From the human T2T-CHM13v2.0 reference genome, Homo sapiens: DNA of 64,000 nt. The notes beneath the pieces are model-generated. The model had not been told where the DNA came from, did not search any database, and was given only the letters and a program-made list of their open reading frames with translations. The first letter of the stretch is position 1. Each line of letters opens with the position of its first letter. Shown here piece by piece: positions 35,930 through 52,469 of this stretch. Both the position numbers and the translations under genes were made by a program. The DNA lies in assembly GCF_009914755.1 (NCBI RefSeq), contig NC_060925.1; one strand, 5' to 3'.

Positions 35930-37080
35930 TTGCAGGACGGGGGGAGGGGAGGGCTATGCGGTCCTGTCCCAAGTAAGGGGAGGGGTGTAGACAGTTAATG
36001 CCAGAGCCAGCGTTTCTGGCCACAACCGAGCAGCCTCAACGAGAGGGGTTGGTGACTGCTCTCGGCCCGCCCCGTTACTCAGTGCATTGCAATGGCGACC
36101 GCCAGGCTCCCCAAGCCGCCTGATCTCGGCCCCTTCCCCCTACTGCTCACTGGCTGCTCGGCTTCATGTGACTAAACAAAACCCCCAAGTCTAGTGCCCA
36201 GCTCAGCCCCTTTGTGTCCGCTACCGGATCCTCCGACGCCGCAGCGGAAAGCCCCCCCCCCCCATCCCCCCGCCGAGTCCCGCCCCGCGGCGGCGGCCGC
36301 CGCTCACCTCAGGCTCCGTGGCCCCCAGCGACCGCCGCGGCCGCCGCCTCCCCGAACCCGGGGCCCGGGCTCCTTGTGTAGCACCAACTCCGCCTCCTCG
36401 GCCGCCGCCGCCATCTTAGCCTGTGCGGCAAAATGCGTCCTTTTGGATGGCTGGGACCCAGCCTAGGGCGTAGCTCCCCGGGCCCGAGAGCCGGAGGCCG
36501 GGTCCCCCAAGTTCTTCCGCCACCCTCAGTCCCGCCGCTGCCACAGCCCAGAGGCCCGAAACCCACTCGGGTCCCAGCGAATCTGACCAAATAACCCCTG
36601 AAACTCACAGTTTGGTGCCGTGTGCGTCAAACCGGGGCGACGTTGGGAGCACGCGGCGTCCCCGCGTCACACGCCGCTCTGTACGCTACTCGGCTCCAGC
36701 GGCCCCCCTCCGCTCCCCGCTTTTCGCCTCCAGCCCCGGTTCCCACGGCGCAGGCGCGCTGCTTTCCCGCCTCTGCCGGGCTGCGGGCCGCGGGGGTGGC
36801 CAGCGAGGAGCTCCCGGGAAGCTTCGCGCTGGTGGAGCGTCTGGGCCAATTAGACAAACGAGGGCAGCGGAAACAGTGCACCACTGTTCTCGGGTGCCAG
36901 AAACCAAACAAGGTCACCTCCCCCAGCGCTGACCTAATCACTCCCAAGGAGGTTCCCGCCCCAAAGTAGGCACGCTCCAAATATGGTGGTGCCCAAACTC
37001 TGCAAGACCCAAGCACTAGGCATGCCTAGGCCCTTTAAGGTGGAACAGGCCCAGGTTTGAGTTCCACGATCACGAGCGTG
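35930..37080. promoter_or_regulatory. CpG-island promoter
   Basis: Abrupt GC/CpG-rich non-repeat block in AT-rich DNA; GC boxes (cccgcccc ~36066, 36279, 36955), YY1 motif (minus AAGATGGCGGC 36407-36417), CCAAT (36846), CArG (36977-36986). Confidence 0.93.
36308..36440 (-). other. ZNF644: First exon of a minus-strand gene (tentatively ZNF644); TSS boundary approximate
   Basis: Consensus donor GAG|GTGAGC at 36308/36307 inside the CpG island, followed by G-rich intron start. Gene name comes from recollection of the ZNF644/RPL5-pseudogene neighbourhood, not from any coding sequence in the window. Confidence 0.55.
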
Positions 37081-38495
37081 CAAAAATCTCTGTTATTTTC
37101 CTCTTGTTGAGGAAAACAGCAATATTTGCCAATCACAACTGTGGAGTAATGGCAGAGGGAAGGTTTTAGGATCTTAAGGGGGCAGATTGTTGGGAGTTGC
37201 TTGATGGCCAGGCAAAGCATCAAGTGTGACATCTCAGTTACCCGGACAGCCTGCCCTGAAAGGTGGCCGAGGTTTGCTCCAGTTTGACTCTCTGAGGATA
37301 CTCTCTCCCTGCATTACTGAAAGTGTCGTGGTTCTACGAATTAAAGTTATATAAGAAGCATGTGAGATGCTGGTTAACCCTTCAGAGAATCAGTCCCTAG
37401 AGGGTTCTGGAAATTTTCATTTTTAACAAGACTTCACCACAGGATCCTGGGGCAGAGAAACACTGAGTGGGCTATTCTTTTGTTTTTCGACTGAGCCAAC
37501 GAGAAACTGCTAACATGTTTAAGATTAACCAAGAGTTCTTGAGAAATCTACTGGTCCCGCCTTAATTATTTGGCTTCTCTGAACCTCTGTTTACTCATTT
37601 AAAAATTTAAAAATAAAAAAGTTTTCCTTAGTTGTACAGCTGTCATTACTGTGGCCCTCCAAACCCTCAAGATGTTATTGACATTCGGAAGAATATACCA
37701 TAACTGCATTTATTTGACAAGAATGAGAAACATTCTCTTTCCTATGGAATGATGCCTTCAGCAACAGCAAACGTAGATTCCAAACAACAAATATTTGACT
37801 AAACACATTAATTGCTTCATTACTTAATAGCTAACACTTTTGAGTGCTTACTGTGTACCAGGCATTGTTCTAACTTGCTCGATTTCATTGTAACCCAATG
37901 AGACAAAGAGGAGTAAGGTGATTTTCTCGAAGTCATACAGTTCTTTGGGCTCTTTAAAATGCAAATCTCCTGTCTTCATTTACACAAATGTGTAAACAAT
38001 AAAATATAAATACGTATATATTTGCAGTCAATGGGGGAGGGGTGCTCTTTGGATCATTTCGTTTGCAGAATCCATTAAAATTGGACATTCTCAGTTTACT
38101 ATTGGACTTACTACAAAATATTATGTACTATGGAAATTCTTACATTATATCACTGTAAAAGCAGTTACTAAGAAAATAACTGTCATTAATGTATACCACT
38201 GACTAATGTGCAGACAAATCACACAAGCAAATAGAATCATTCAGAACTCAGCCATGATCAGGAACTTGTCTCACTAATGAAGCTGTTTTTTACACTAGAA
38301 CTCAGCAACTGAATTGTAATACTGTGGAAGTCATAATAGCAGTAAAAGTAATCATAGTAATTATAATAGTAGAAGTAGTAATAGTTGATGAAACGCTGTA
38401 CAAAATGGATCTCAAAAGCTTCTATGAATGGCAGAAAATATAATGACAGAAAGCTTGAATAAGGTAATGCGAAAAGAAAAAAAAATACACGTGAG

Positions 38496-39490
<995 letters not shown>

Positions 39491-39699
39491 CATACAGGCA
39501 ACTGAAAAAATCCAAAGACAAGTTATGTGGCTCAGTGCCAAAATATTTAAGGAAATCACAGTTGAGAATGAAAGTCAAGATGTGGAAAACAGTTTGGGAG
39601 AAAATTCATAACACATTGTGAATAAAATGATGCTCCAATGAATACACCTGGTAAATGTTTTAAAGAAATAAAAAGCAAGATGCTGGTTTTTGTTGCTGT

Positions 39700-40388
39700 T
39701 GTTGTTTTTAAACTTTTATTTTAGGTTCAGGAGTACATATGCAGGTTTGTTATATAGGTAAACTCATGTCACTGGGGTTTTGTACAGATTATCTCATGAC
39801 TCAGGTACTTAGCCTAGTACCCAGTAGTTATTTTTTTCTGATCCTCTCCCTCCTCCCACCATCCACCCTCAGGTGGGCCCTAGTGTGTGTTGTTCCCTCC
39901 CTTGTGTCCCTGTGTTCTCATCATTTTGCTCCCACTTATAAGTGAGAACATGCAGCCTTTGGTTTTCTATTCCTGAATTAGTTTGCTAAGAATAATGGCC
40001 TCCAGCTCCATCCAAGTTCCTGCAAAGGACATGATCTCATTCTTTTTATGGCTGCATAGTATTCCAAGGTATATATATACCACATTTTCTTTATCCAGTC
40101 TACCACTAATGGGCATTTAGGTTAATTCCAAGTCTTGGCTATTGTGAGGGATACTTCAGTGAGCATACACATGCATGTGTCTTTATGGTAGAATGATTTA
40201 TATTCCTTTGGGTATATACCTAGCAATAGGATTGCTGGGTTGAATGGTAGTTCTGTTTTCAACTCTTTGAGAAATTGCCACACTGCTTTTCACAACAGTT
40301 GAACCAATTTACACTCCCACCAACAGCATATTAGTGTTCTCTTTTCTCTGCAACCTCACCAGCATGTTATTTTTTGACTTTTTAATAA
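39700..40388 (-). mobile_element. L1PA13-16-like 3' end
   Basis: ttttaggttcaggagtacatatgcaggtttgttatataggtaaactc... typical older L1PA 3'UTR. Confidence 0.88.
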
Positions 40389-40498
40389 TGTGGCTACTGT
40401 TAATATGTTAAAATCTGACCATATTAACACAGTGTATGAATCCATTAGTGATTACCAGATTATCAGTGAATGGAATTACCTGATAAAAAACATAAAGT

Positions 40499-40887
<389 letters not shown>

Positions 40888-42571
40888 TTATAATTCCAAG
40901 CAAAAAGAAAGAAATGAAACATTAATCTACTAGTAATAAAGTCAAATCAAGTTTGGATTTTGCTCAGTATCCCACTAGTTCTGGATCAACCTCTTAATAC
41001 CAAAACTGTAAAGCAAGTCACTCTTGTGGAACTGCAAATAGTTCAGTATGTTTGTTCATTGGAGTGGGGGTAGGGAGGATGTGTGGAGTAGAAAGAGAGA
41101 TGATGTAAACAGAAACCAAGTTTTGTATTTATTTTTGTTCCACGCTGACCTGAGCACAGAGCTTTACACATAGCAGGTATGCGATAAATAATTCCGTTCA
41201 GTTCAACCAACATTCGTGGATTGTTTACTCTATGCAAGGTACTGTACTAGGCACTGTCAGAAAAAAATGAATAAGACAGTTCCTTGAAGCTATTCAATAA
41301 ATACTGTTGAATGAATGCAGTGCTTTTATACTTCAAAGAAAGAGCTAGACAAAAAGGTACAATCAACTCTCAATTTACCAGGGAATGGAGGACATAAGGA
41401 ATAGATAATAAAGTTCTCCAAATCTCAGTTAAAAACAAAGGCTCATAAAACATAGTACAAAATAGATTTAGTATACACATATTTAATGAAAATTATATCT
41501 AATATTCAGAAACACATTTGCTATTCTACTCAGCATATCATTATGCATGCCCCCTGGAGGATGTGAAGGTAAATAGAACACACTCAGCTCTCAAATATTT
41601 TGTGGTGGAATGGATCAAAAGTTGCATGTTCATGTGCATGTGCAACTTGCGTGTTAAAGTTGACAAAGAAAGAGATCAGCTCATTGTTCAATTGGTGCTT
41701 CACCTAGTGATGATAATGCTGTGGTATCATTTTCCTCTGGAGTTTGGCTCTTAGCTTTGCAGGTTGAGAATCAGTTGAACCAGAGTTGATCAAGCGCAGA
41801 TAGATGAAATGCGTAAGAGATTAATAAGTAAATCAAACGCTGATATATTAATTTACAGTAAAATTTTTGACTGCCAATCATAATGGAATACCTAAGCAGA
41901 CTGGTCAGCACATTCCCTCTCTGTAGAGAAGGATGCTAGGAACACCAATTTACTTGCTTGATGAGCATAGAATTAGATGAATATGATCTCAGCAGATGGT
42001 ATCATGAAACTTTGATAGCAAATTGCACTCTGCCATGATGATGTACCTGTCAAGGGAACTTGGACGGTTTAGTCTGCTTTCACCAGGACAATAACTCTTT
42101 TAAGAGTTAAAATCTTTCTTTTAAGATATATAACATACAAACCACAAGAAGATGAAGTATTTATAATCCGTATTTCATCAATTCTATTACTTTTTTTAAA
42201 AATGTTGTAACATTTCAAATTGTGTCTTACAATCATAATTTGTAATTACCAGTTTTTTCTTTCGTAGGGGTTCATAAAATAAGGGCACACCTTTCAGTGG
42301 TATCTTAGAATCTAGTGGAATGTGATAATTGCATGACTTTTTTTAAACTCCCTTACTTCTGTTTTGGTAAATTGACTTTCATCAACTTAGTAGTTGCCCC
42401 ACTACATCATTACGTACACAGCCTAAGTTCAAAAACTATGTCAAGCTTTATTTTCCTCAATTCATATTCTGATCAGGCTGTCGTAATTGAGCTAAGTTCC
42501 CAAGGGATACAGGACACTGGAGGATAGTTCATCCACAGATGTATTCTTAGCTTCTAAAGTAACCCAGACTT

Positions 42572-42881
<310 letters not shown>

Positions 42882-43249
42882 TCACTGGGTTTTGTCATCC
42901 CTTTTTACTGCAGGACGCTTAAAATGCCTGCAAAGTCTCTTAAGGGGGCATTTGTACTTAGGAACAGGTCCTATTAGCTACCTCATTCCCTCTCTGATTT
43001 GGCAAGCCATCTGCTGTGGCTACTGATGAGCCTCCTGCTGGAAACAACTGCATTCCACATGGCAGCACCATTTTATTGCCAGGCACCAATATGGCCATAG
43101 CTAACAATCTAGAATACATATGGTACTAAGTAACCCATTATTGGAGTCTCTAGTCTAAGCTTTTACTTTTATGGACTGTTTTCTAAATATTTACTTAATA
43201 TGTGTTGGGCTTTATAATAGTCACTGTAGATACTACAGAGAAAAATCTA

Positions 43250-43400
43250 CAGGGTCACTATGTACAGTTGTGGAGTTTGTACACGGTACAAAGATGACAA
43301 GTAGGTGAATGGAGGCTGAAACTCAACCTGTTCCTTACTCACCAGCTCATGCCCCCTAGTGCAGGGCTGAATCCATCTGCAAGAAAGAGTGCCATTTTCT
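43250..43400 (+). mobile_element. MER91A-like DNA transposon remnant
   Basis: cagggtcactatgtacagttgtggagtttgtacacggtacaa...gaggctgaaactcaacc resembles the MER91A consensus as recalled. Confidence 0.5.
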
Positions 43401-43919
43401 TCTGGCAAGGATACTTCTTATGAAGCAATCCTTGACCCCATGAGTCTGTAACAGCCTGTTTCTAATTCTTCTGCATAGAGAGTTACCTTCCCAATCCCTC
43501 TGCCCAGAGAGAGTCTTTCTCTAATCCCTCTTCCATACTTCACACAGAGGGAATTGATATGCTACTGGGCCCTAATTACTCAGTCTCTATCTTCAAGGAG
43601 CTTACAGTCTAATGGGGGAAAATAAAGAAAAAAACCATTGTGACACATGTGATAAGGGTGGGCTAGAAATAGGCATCCAGTAGGACCTTGGGAACACCAA
43701 GAGGGAGTCCTAACCCAGTCTAGTGGACCAGGGAAGGCTTCTGGAGGATGCCTTCTCTGCCTAGAATCATCTTCCCACTCCTTCACCTGGGCTAATTCCT
43801 ACTCATTCTTCAAGTTTCAGTTAAATATCCCTTTGATTAAGTTCCTTAGTTTTGGATAGCTAATATCAACAATCCTTTGACCAATTTTATAGGTTACCCA
43901 AATGTAGGCCAATTTGTGA

Positions 43920-44188
43920 TTATCTATTTATATATACATATATGTAGATTATATATGTAAATATAATTTATATTTAAATGCATATATTTGTATATACATA
44001 TATATAATCTACATGTATGCATATATAGATAATCACAATATATGCATATATAAATGCAAATATATATACATATAAGACCTGTGTGTATATAATATACATA
44101 TAAATTATGTATATACAAATATTTATGTATGTATATTTATATATAAATATAATATACATAAGTATGTGTACATATATTTACATATATG
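43920..44188. repeat. Degenerate (TA)n-rich low-complexity tract
   Basis: Direct reading. Confidence 0.9.
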
Positions 44189-44223
44189 CTTTCCTTCTTG
44201 GCATATGCCTGCCTATACATTCA

Positions 44224-44559
<336 letters not shown>

Positions 44560-45426
44560 TGATACTTCAGCAGTCCCAATTAATGTAATTGGCTGATTGG
44601 ATTCACCTGGGCTTCTGTCAGAGCCACTTTCCGTCACCCTCTTACCTCATACTCAAAAACCACTCAGTGCTTCTTTTGTTATACTTATCTCATGTGTACA
44701 TAAACCCCACTATAACTGAACAAATAGAATCTAAAAATTCAGTTTCACAAATTACAAGGTCATATTATTATGAGATTAATGAAATGATTGGAGTGATCCC
44801 ACATAGTTTGCTGGAGAGCACCAAGTGTCTGGCTGTGTGACCAAAATCCATTCTGGTCTCAGCTAGAGTTCGGAGCCGTCTGCTGGTACTTGACTTCTCC
44901 AGCTTAAATAAATATACAGGGGATAACTCTAGGCTCTATGACTAGCTGGGAATTACAGAATCGTAGCACTGATTCCAGGAATCTCTGGGCTTCTTGACAG
45001 CCATTTGATCTGTCTAATACAGGCAGATTGGGCTGGGAGAATACTGGGAATGCAGAGTCCCACTTCCTGGGTGTGCAGAGGTCCACTTCACCTTGTCTTC
45101 CCCTCCAAGATAGGAACTTTAACCCACCACATTGAAAACGGGAACTGGGGAGAGGGCAGGATTAATAGCCAGATGTATTAAAATTGGTTTTGCATTGTCA
45201 GGGAACATAATTTCACCATGTTATTTCTACATTATTGTACATGTGGATTTTACTATAATTACTTGTTTAATGACTACCTCCTCCTCTAGACTCTATGCTA
45301 CGTGAAGATAAGGGCCCTATTAATCTTGTTTCTTACAGTGCAGGGCATTTCTTAGCTCACATTAGTTGCTTAATAAAAATTTGTTAAATTAAATCGATGT
45401 CATATCTAAGAGAAGACATAAAATAC

Positions 45427-45716
45427 TTTTTTTTTCCTTTTTTTTTTTTTAAAGATAGCATCTCTCTCTGTTACCCAGGCTGGAGTGCAGTGGCATGATC
45501 ATGGCTCACTGCAGCTTCGACCTCCCAGGTTCAATCAATCCTCATGACAGCCTCCTGAGTCGCTGGGACTATAGGCACACGCCACCACGCCCAGCTAATT
45601 TTTAAATTTTTCTGTAGAGTTGGGGTTTTGCCATGTTGCCCAGGCTGGTCTTGAACTCCTGGGCTACCCACCTAGACCTCCCAAAGTGCTGGGATTACAG
45701 GCATGAGCCACTGAGA
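45427..45716 (-). mobile_element. Alu (AluJ-like)
   Basis: Reverse Alu with catggctcactgcagc and tgttgcccagg J-type features. Confidence 0.9.
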
Positions 45717-46309
45717 CTAGTGAAGACCTAAAAGACTTTTAAAATCTAGTTGGGGGGAAAGAGTAGGGGTAAAGATATTCTTCGCAGAGGGAAACATGAA
45801 AAAAGTATAAGAAGTACAAGAGAGTATGCCATGTTTAGGGAATGGTAAGTAATTCACAAAACCAGAGTATACATGCAAGAAGTGGCAAGAGTAAGTGTGG
45901 TAAGAAATGAAACTGGAAAGAGAAGCAGAAGTTGGATTGCTAAGGACAAGGAACTTGGACTTGATCCTAAGGGCAATGGGAAACCATTGAGGGATCTTAA
46001 AAGGAAATTAAATGGTAAAATTTGCACTTTAGAAATATATACAATGTATTGAAGAGGTAAAACTGGATGCAGAGAGAAGAGTAGGTTATTTATGCAGCTT
46101 GTACCTGCATAATCATAGCACATGTTACAGGAAGCTGCCCTGCCCTCAGCTTGCATGGAGAGGTAGTGCTCAGCAGCCCTGCTTTGCACTCTGCAAAACT
46201 GCTCTCCCCAACACTTAGCTACATCTGACTGGACACGGGATGGGCACCTGATCCGAAGGAAACTAATCCATAGGCTGGCAAGTGGTCTATGACATGGCCA
46301 GCATGGAAA

Positions 46310-47600
46310 ATAGTAATCAAGATAGTGTGGTATTAACATTAAGATAGGCAAATAGATCAATAAAAGAAAATAGAGGGTCCAGAAATAGACCCACAATTAC
46401 ATGGTCAATTAAATTTCAGCAAAGGTGCAAAGGCAATTCAATAGAGAAAGGATAGTCTTTTCAACAAATGATACTGGAAAAATTAAATATCCATATGTAA
46501 GAAATTGAAATTTGATTCATATACTAAAATTAACTCAAAATGAATTATAGACCTAATCTAAAACCTAGACCAAAAAAAATTTAGGAGAAAATCTTTGTGA
46601 GCTTGGGCTAGGCAAAAATTTTTGAGAAATGACACCAAAAGCACAATTCATGAAAGAAAAAGTTGTTAAAATCAACTTCATTGAAATTTAGAATTTTTGC
46701 TCCTTAAAAGACTTAGAGAATGAAAGGACAACCCCAGACTACGAAAAAATATTTGCAAATTACACAACTGATAAGGGACTTGTATCCATAATATATAAAG
46801 AATTCTCAAAACACAATAAGTAAATAAATAACCTAATAAAAAATGGACAAACGAATGAACAGGCACTTCACCAAAAAAGATATAATGGTGTAAAAAAAAA
46901 AAGCACATGAAAAATACTCATTAGTCATTAGAGAAATGTAAATTAAAACTCCAAATGAGATATCATTACACATCTGAATGAGAATGGCTAAAAATAACAA
47001 GACCAACAATACCAAGTGTTGTCAAGGATATATAACAACTAGAACTCTATCACACTGCTTATGGGAATGTAAAATGGTACAACCACTTTAGGAAAAAGCT
47101 TGGTAGTTTCTTTAAAAGTTAAAAATACACACCCTATAATGAACATGATTCATCCCTTTTACTGCTAAGTAATTACTCAAGATAAAAGAAATACACATGC
47201 ACACAAAGACTTGTACAAGAATTTTTATAGCAGCTTTATTGCTAACAGCCAAAAACTGGAAACAACATGAATGCCCATCAGTAGATTAATGTATAAAGCC
47301 AGCCTACCTAACAGAATAGTTGCTGTGTGATTATCTTTATATAAAACCCTAGAAAATGCAACTAATCTGCAGTGACAGACAACAAATCAGTGGTTGCCTG
47401 TTGTGGAGGAAGAAGAGGCAGGTGTGAGGGTAAGGGTTTTATATTAGGAAATGAGGAAATGTTTGGGGGTGGTATGTTTATTTTCTTGAATGTGGTGATG
47501 GATTCATTGGTGTAGATATATGTCAAAACTTATGAAATTGTACACTTTAAATATGTACTGTTTATTGTTACAATATACAATAGTTTGAATAAAATTCTTT
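46310..47600 (+). mobile_element. Old L1M ORF2 3' part and 3'UTR
   Basis: ccagaaatagacccac, gtcttttcaacaaatg, aaattgtacactttaaatatg motifs. Confidence 0.85.
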
Positions 47601-48390
47601 AAAGTGTTTTTAAAGAGAGAGCATGGAAGGAGAGAGTTTCTTGTAGTGGTTGAATATGAAGGGTATTCAGAGTACACTTGGACAGAGACAGATAACACTC
47701 CTATTTGACATATTTCAACATGGGGTATCAGGCAGATGAAAGATTTCTTTGCTCAAATGCTGTCTATTTTGTTGGTAAGATTGGCAGCAAAGCTTTCTGC
47801 ACAAATGACCTAAAATAGGTTGGCAGAAGTCTTGAAGAAGGTGGAGTAGGTTTGAAACAGCTGCTGGAGAACCCAGACCCAGAACTCTTGGCATTTGAAT
47901 AGAGCTGGAGGTTCTGTTGATATTGGGGACCAAGAATCTATGGTAACACTACTTCCATATCATTATGTAATTTTCTATAGCACATGTCAATAGTACAGGC
48001 AAAGAGACACAGTCCTGTTTTTCCTCTGAACACATTTCATCTCCCAGAAGTTTCTTTAATCTCCCAGAAGTTTCTTTAATCTCTTGAGCACTCAGATTTC
48101 TATGGCATCTGCTCCACCACTTTGTCAGACATGCCAAGATATTTTTCATCCATTCATTCAACAGCTATCTATTGAGGCCCTTTAACTCAGCTGTGAGGCG
48201 TCAGGTGGTACTGAATATACAATAGTCCAAATATACATGATCCATGCTTTGAGGCTTACATGTCTGAATATGCAACGTACTCCCACAGGATCTAACACTG
48301 ATCACTTGCAGACCTCAGAGGACTGTGCATTTCCCAAGCATAGGTCTCCCCGGGACTCATATCAGCCACACATCACTTGACCATTAATAA

Positions 48391-48773
<383 letters not shown>

Positions 48774-49660
48774 TACTGTGGATATTAAAAGTTGGGAGAG
48801 GTGTGTGGCCAACACTGAATTTGTAGGATCTATAACTAGAGACCTGAGGGCCCAAGGAAATGTTCACAGCTATCTAGTATGCTGTCAGATAACAGGTTTA
48901 GGTATTTTCTTTCTTTGAAATTCAATAAATTTTCACAATGACTTTTCATTAAAGATGAATGCTAAATTGCTATCTCACCCACAGTTTGGATAACAGATTA
49001 TTAGAAAATCTGTACATATTAAGTAATGTATCACTGTTGCATCAAATGGAAGTGTATCTCTTTATCCTCTTTAAAGAGAGATATCAGATACATAATACTC
49101 AAATATCTGCAGTTGTGTGTTTACACACACACACACACACACCAGGCAGGGGAAGAGAGAATGTAAAGATAGTAATCACATTTGCTTTGAGGGGAGATAG
49201 AAAAGTAAAACTTTCTTTCTACCATTACATCAGTTTTGAGTATACTAGGAAATCCCATATGAAATTATAATTCTAGGATAGAATATTCTGTCTTTTAGGG
49301 CACCACCAGAAGAGAATACTAAACAGTAATAAAGAGGAAAAGATAGACATACACATGTTCTTTTCTCTTCTGCTGTTGTTAGCCTAAAAAAATTTAAAAT
49401 GTGCACGAATGCATAAGGGATATTTATTTTAGTGAAAAGGCGAAAATACCAAATGCCTAAAGGTTGGGAATAGAAATTGATGAGTTTGGCAGTAGGCTTT
49501 GGAAATGAGCAGTGATAGCCAATCTGACTAATATGAAAAAAATGTTGCAAAGAAGCACTAGAAACAGAAAAAGCAACAACTTTTTGCATTGTGCATAAAA
49601 ACGAAATGGTCTTGTAATAGCCCCGGTAGAAGTTTTCTTGTGACAACGAGACTTTCCTAA

Positions 49661-50351
<691 letters not shown>

Positions 50352-50609
50352 GTGACTTTTTAATAGGAAAAGAAATCGTGTGCCAGATACTTCCCTAAAC
50401 GAGGTCAATGCACAGATTCTCTATATAGCCATCATAAGTAATCTGGCCAGAAATCCCAGGATAATCATCATCCCTAATTAAATGTAAAGCATACATGGAG
50501 CCAAATATCAGTATCGTGCCTGCAAGTATACTTGCCAGGATGAATAGTTGAAATAGTAACAGAAAATAAGAGCAGATTCATGAATCAGCCTCTTAAAAGT
50601 GAAGAAGGC

Positions 50610-50979
<370 letters not shown>

Positions 50980-51919
50980 CTATTGAGATAAGGAATTGTT
51001 AGGCTTATTACTATTATAAGTGTGCTCTCAGTACTTTTTATTTAGATAAATAATTGGAGAATACTTACATAAATAACCCTTAAGACAGACTGCTTTGTGA
51101 GTTATCTGTGGTGACTTGTGAAGAATTTCCCCTCTTCCCAAAGGTAACCTACTCTGCCTCCCCTCACCCACCCTTAGGTTTGCTTGTATCTTGAAAGATT
51201 GGCCTGCGAGCCTTCAGGCAAACCGTCGTGGAAATCGTTTTTCTCCTGGCATCTATGAGTTTATGATTTCTCTCTGCAAAGTGCCAGAGTACAAGATACC
51301 TAAATTGTTGTAAGAGCCAAGTTTGGGATTCCATCACTGACATGCTAATTCAGTCAGCCATTATCTATTGTATGCCTACTGGATCGCAGGAATCACACTG
51401 TTTAGGATCCTGGGCACAATGCTATAAACAAAATTGACAAGATCCCTGTCCCTGTGAAGCTTACATTCTATTATCGTGACTGTAGCTCAACACTAAGAGT
51501 TGATAAATAAGAAACCACTATGGGCACTTCAAGCAAAGGATTCTTAAGTAATCCTATGAATCAACTGGGCTGGGGAAGGCAGACCCACCCTTAATCTGGT
51601 GGGCACAATATAAGAACTGTTAGGAAGGGAAAAATGGAATTAGAGTACTAATCTGAAGAGAGACCTCCTGGTTAGGAAGCCAGAATCTGCTCAGGCAGGC
51701 AGGCTTAGGTGAGTGAATGAAGGAAAAATCTATTATTTTGCAGGTAGGGAAGGCAGCACAGTAGGGGCTCTGTCAGACCCAGAATAAAGCATTCTTGGAA
51801 TGAGAGCAGGCTGTTGCTTATGTGCTATGATTTGAGATGAATTGGGAAAGCTGCCAGTTCAAAAATGTCTCTTCCACAGATGTCTGGAAAATGTGAATGT
51901 TTACTTCTCTTGGGAGAGG

Positions 51920-52150
51920 TGGTGGTTAAAAGCATGGACTTTGGAATCAGGCAGTCTTGTTTGTGAATTGCAGCTCTGCAACTTACTGTGCGACTTTAGA
52001 GAAGTTACTTTTCTTTCTGAGCCTCAGCGTCCTCATCTATAAAATGGGGATAATCATACCCCCTCACAGTTTTTTTATAAGACTTTTAAAAAGCTATTAT
52101 AAATCAAATAGTAGCACAGGTACCCAGAAACAGTAAATATTTAATAAATA
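51920..52150 (+). mobile_element. MIR
   Basis: Core tctgagcctcagcgtcctcatctataaaatggggataat. Confidence 0.8.
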
Positions 52151-52469
52151 ACAGAATTCTTAATATTATATATAATGAATGTTCCAACTAACATTCATTG
52201 AATTCCCCCTGTGTGCCTGGCACTGTACTGGTCATGATGCAAAAAGGAAGACAGTCTTGAAAACAGCTGACTACAGTAAAATGTGAAAGATGCTCTCGGA
52301 GATAGTTATGGAATAAAACTTTGTTTTCTTTTTCTCAAAGCAGAGAAAGGAGGGCGGACTTTTCAGGAAGATGGAATAAAAAAGTCTCAGTAGGTGAGAA
52401 ATATTTTAGGTGAGCTTCTTCCAAGAAACTAAGATGTAAATAGTAGAAATTGAACATCAATATAAGAGG

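Noticed and set aside
36194-37016. Cluster of overlapping 60-130 aa ORFs in the CpG island
   Set aside because: Expected in stop-poor GC-rich DNA; mostly non-ATG starts and no recognisable domains.
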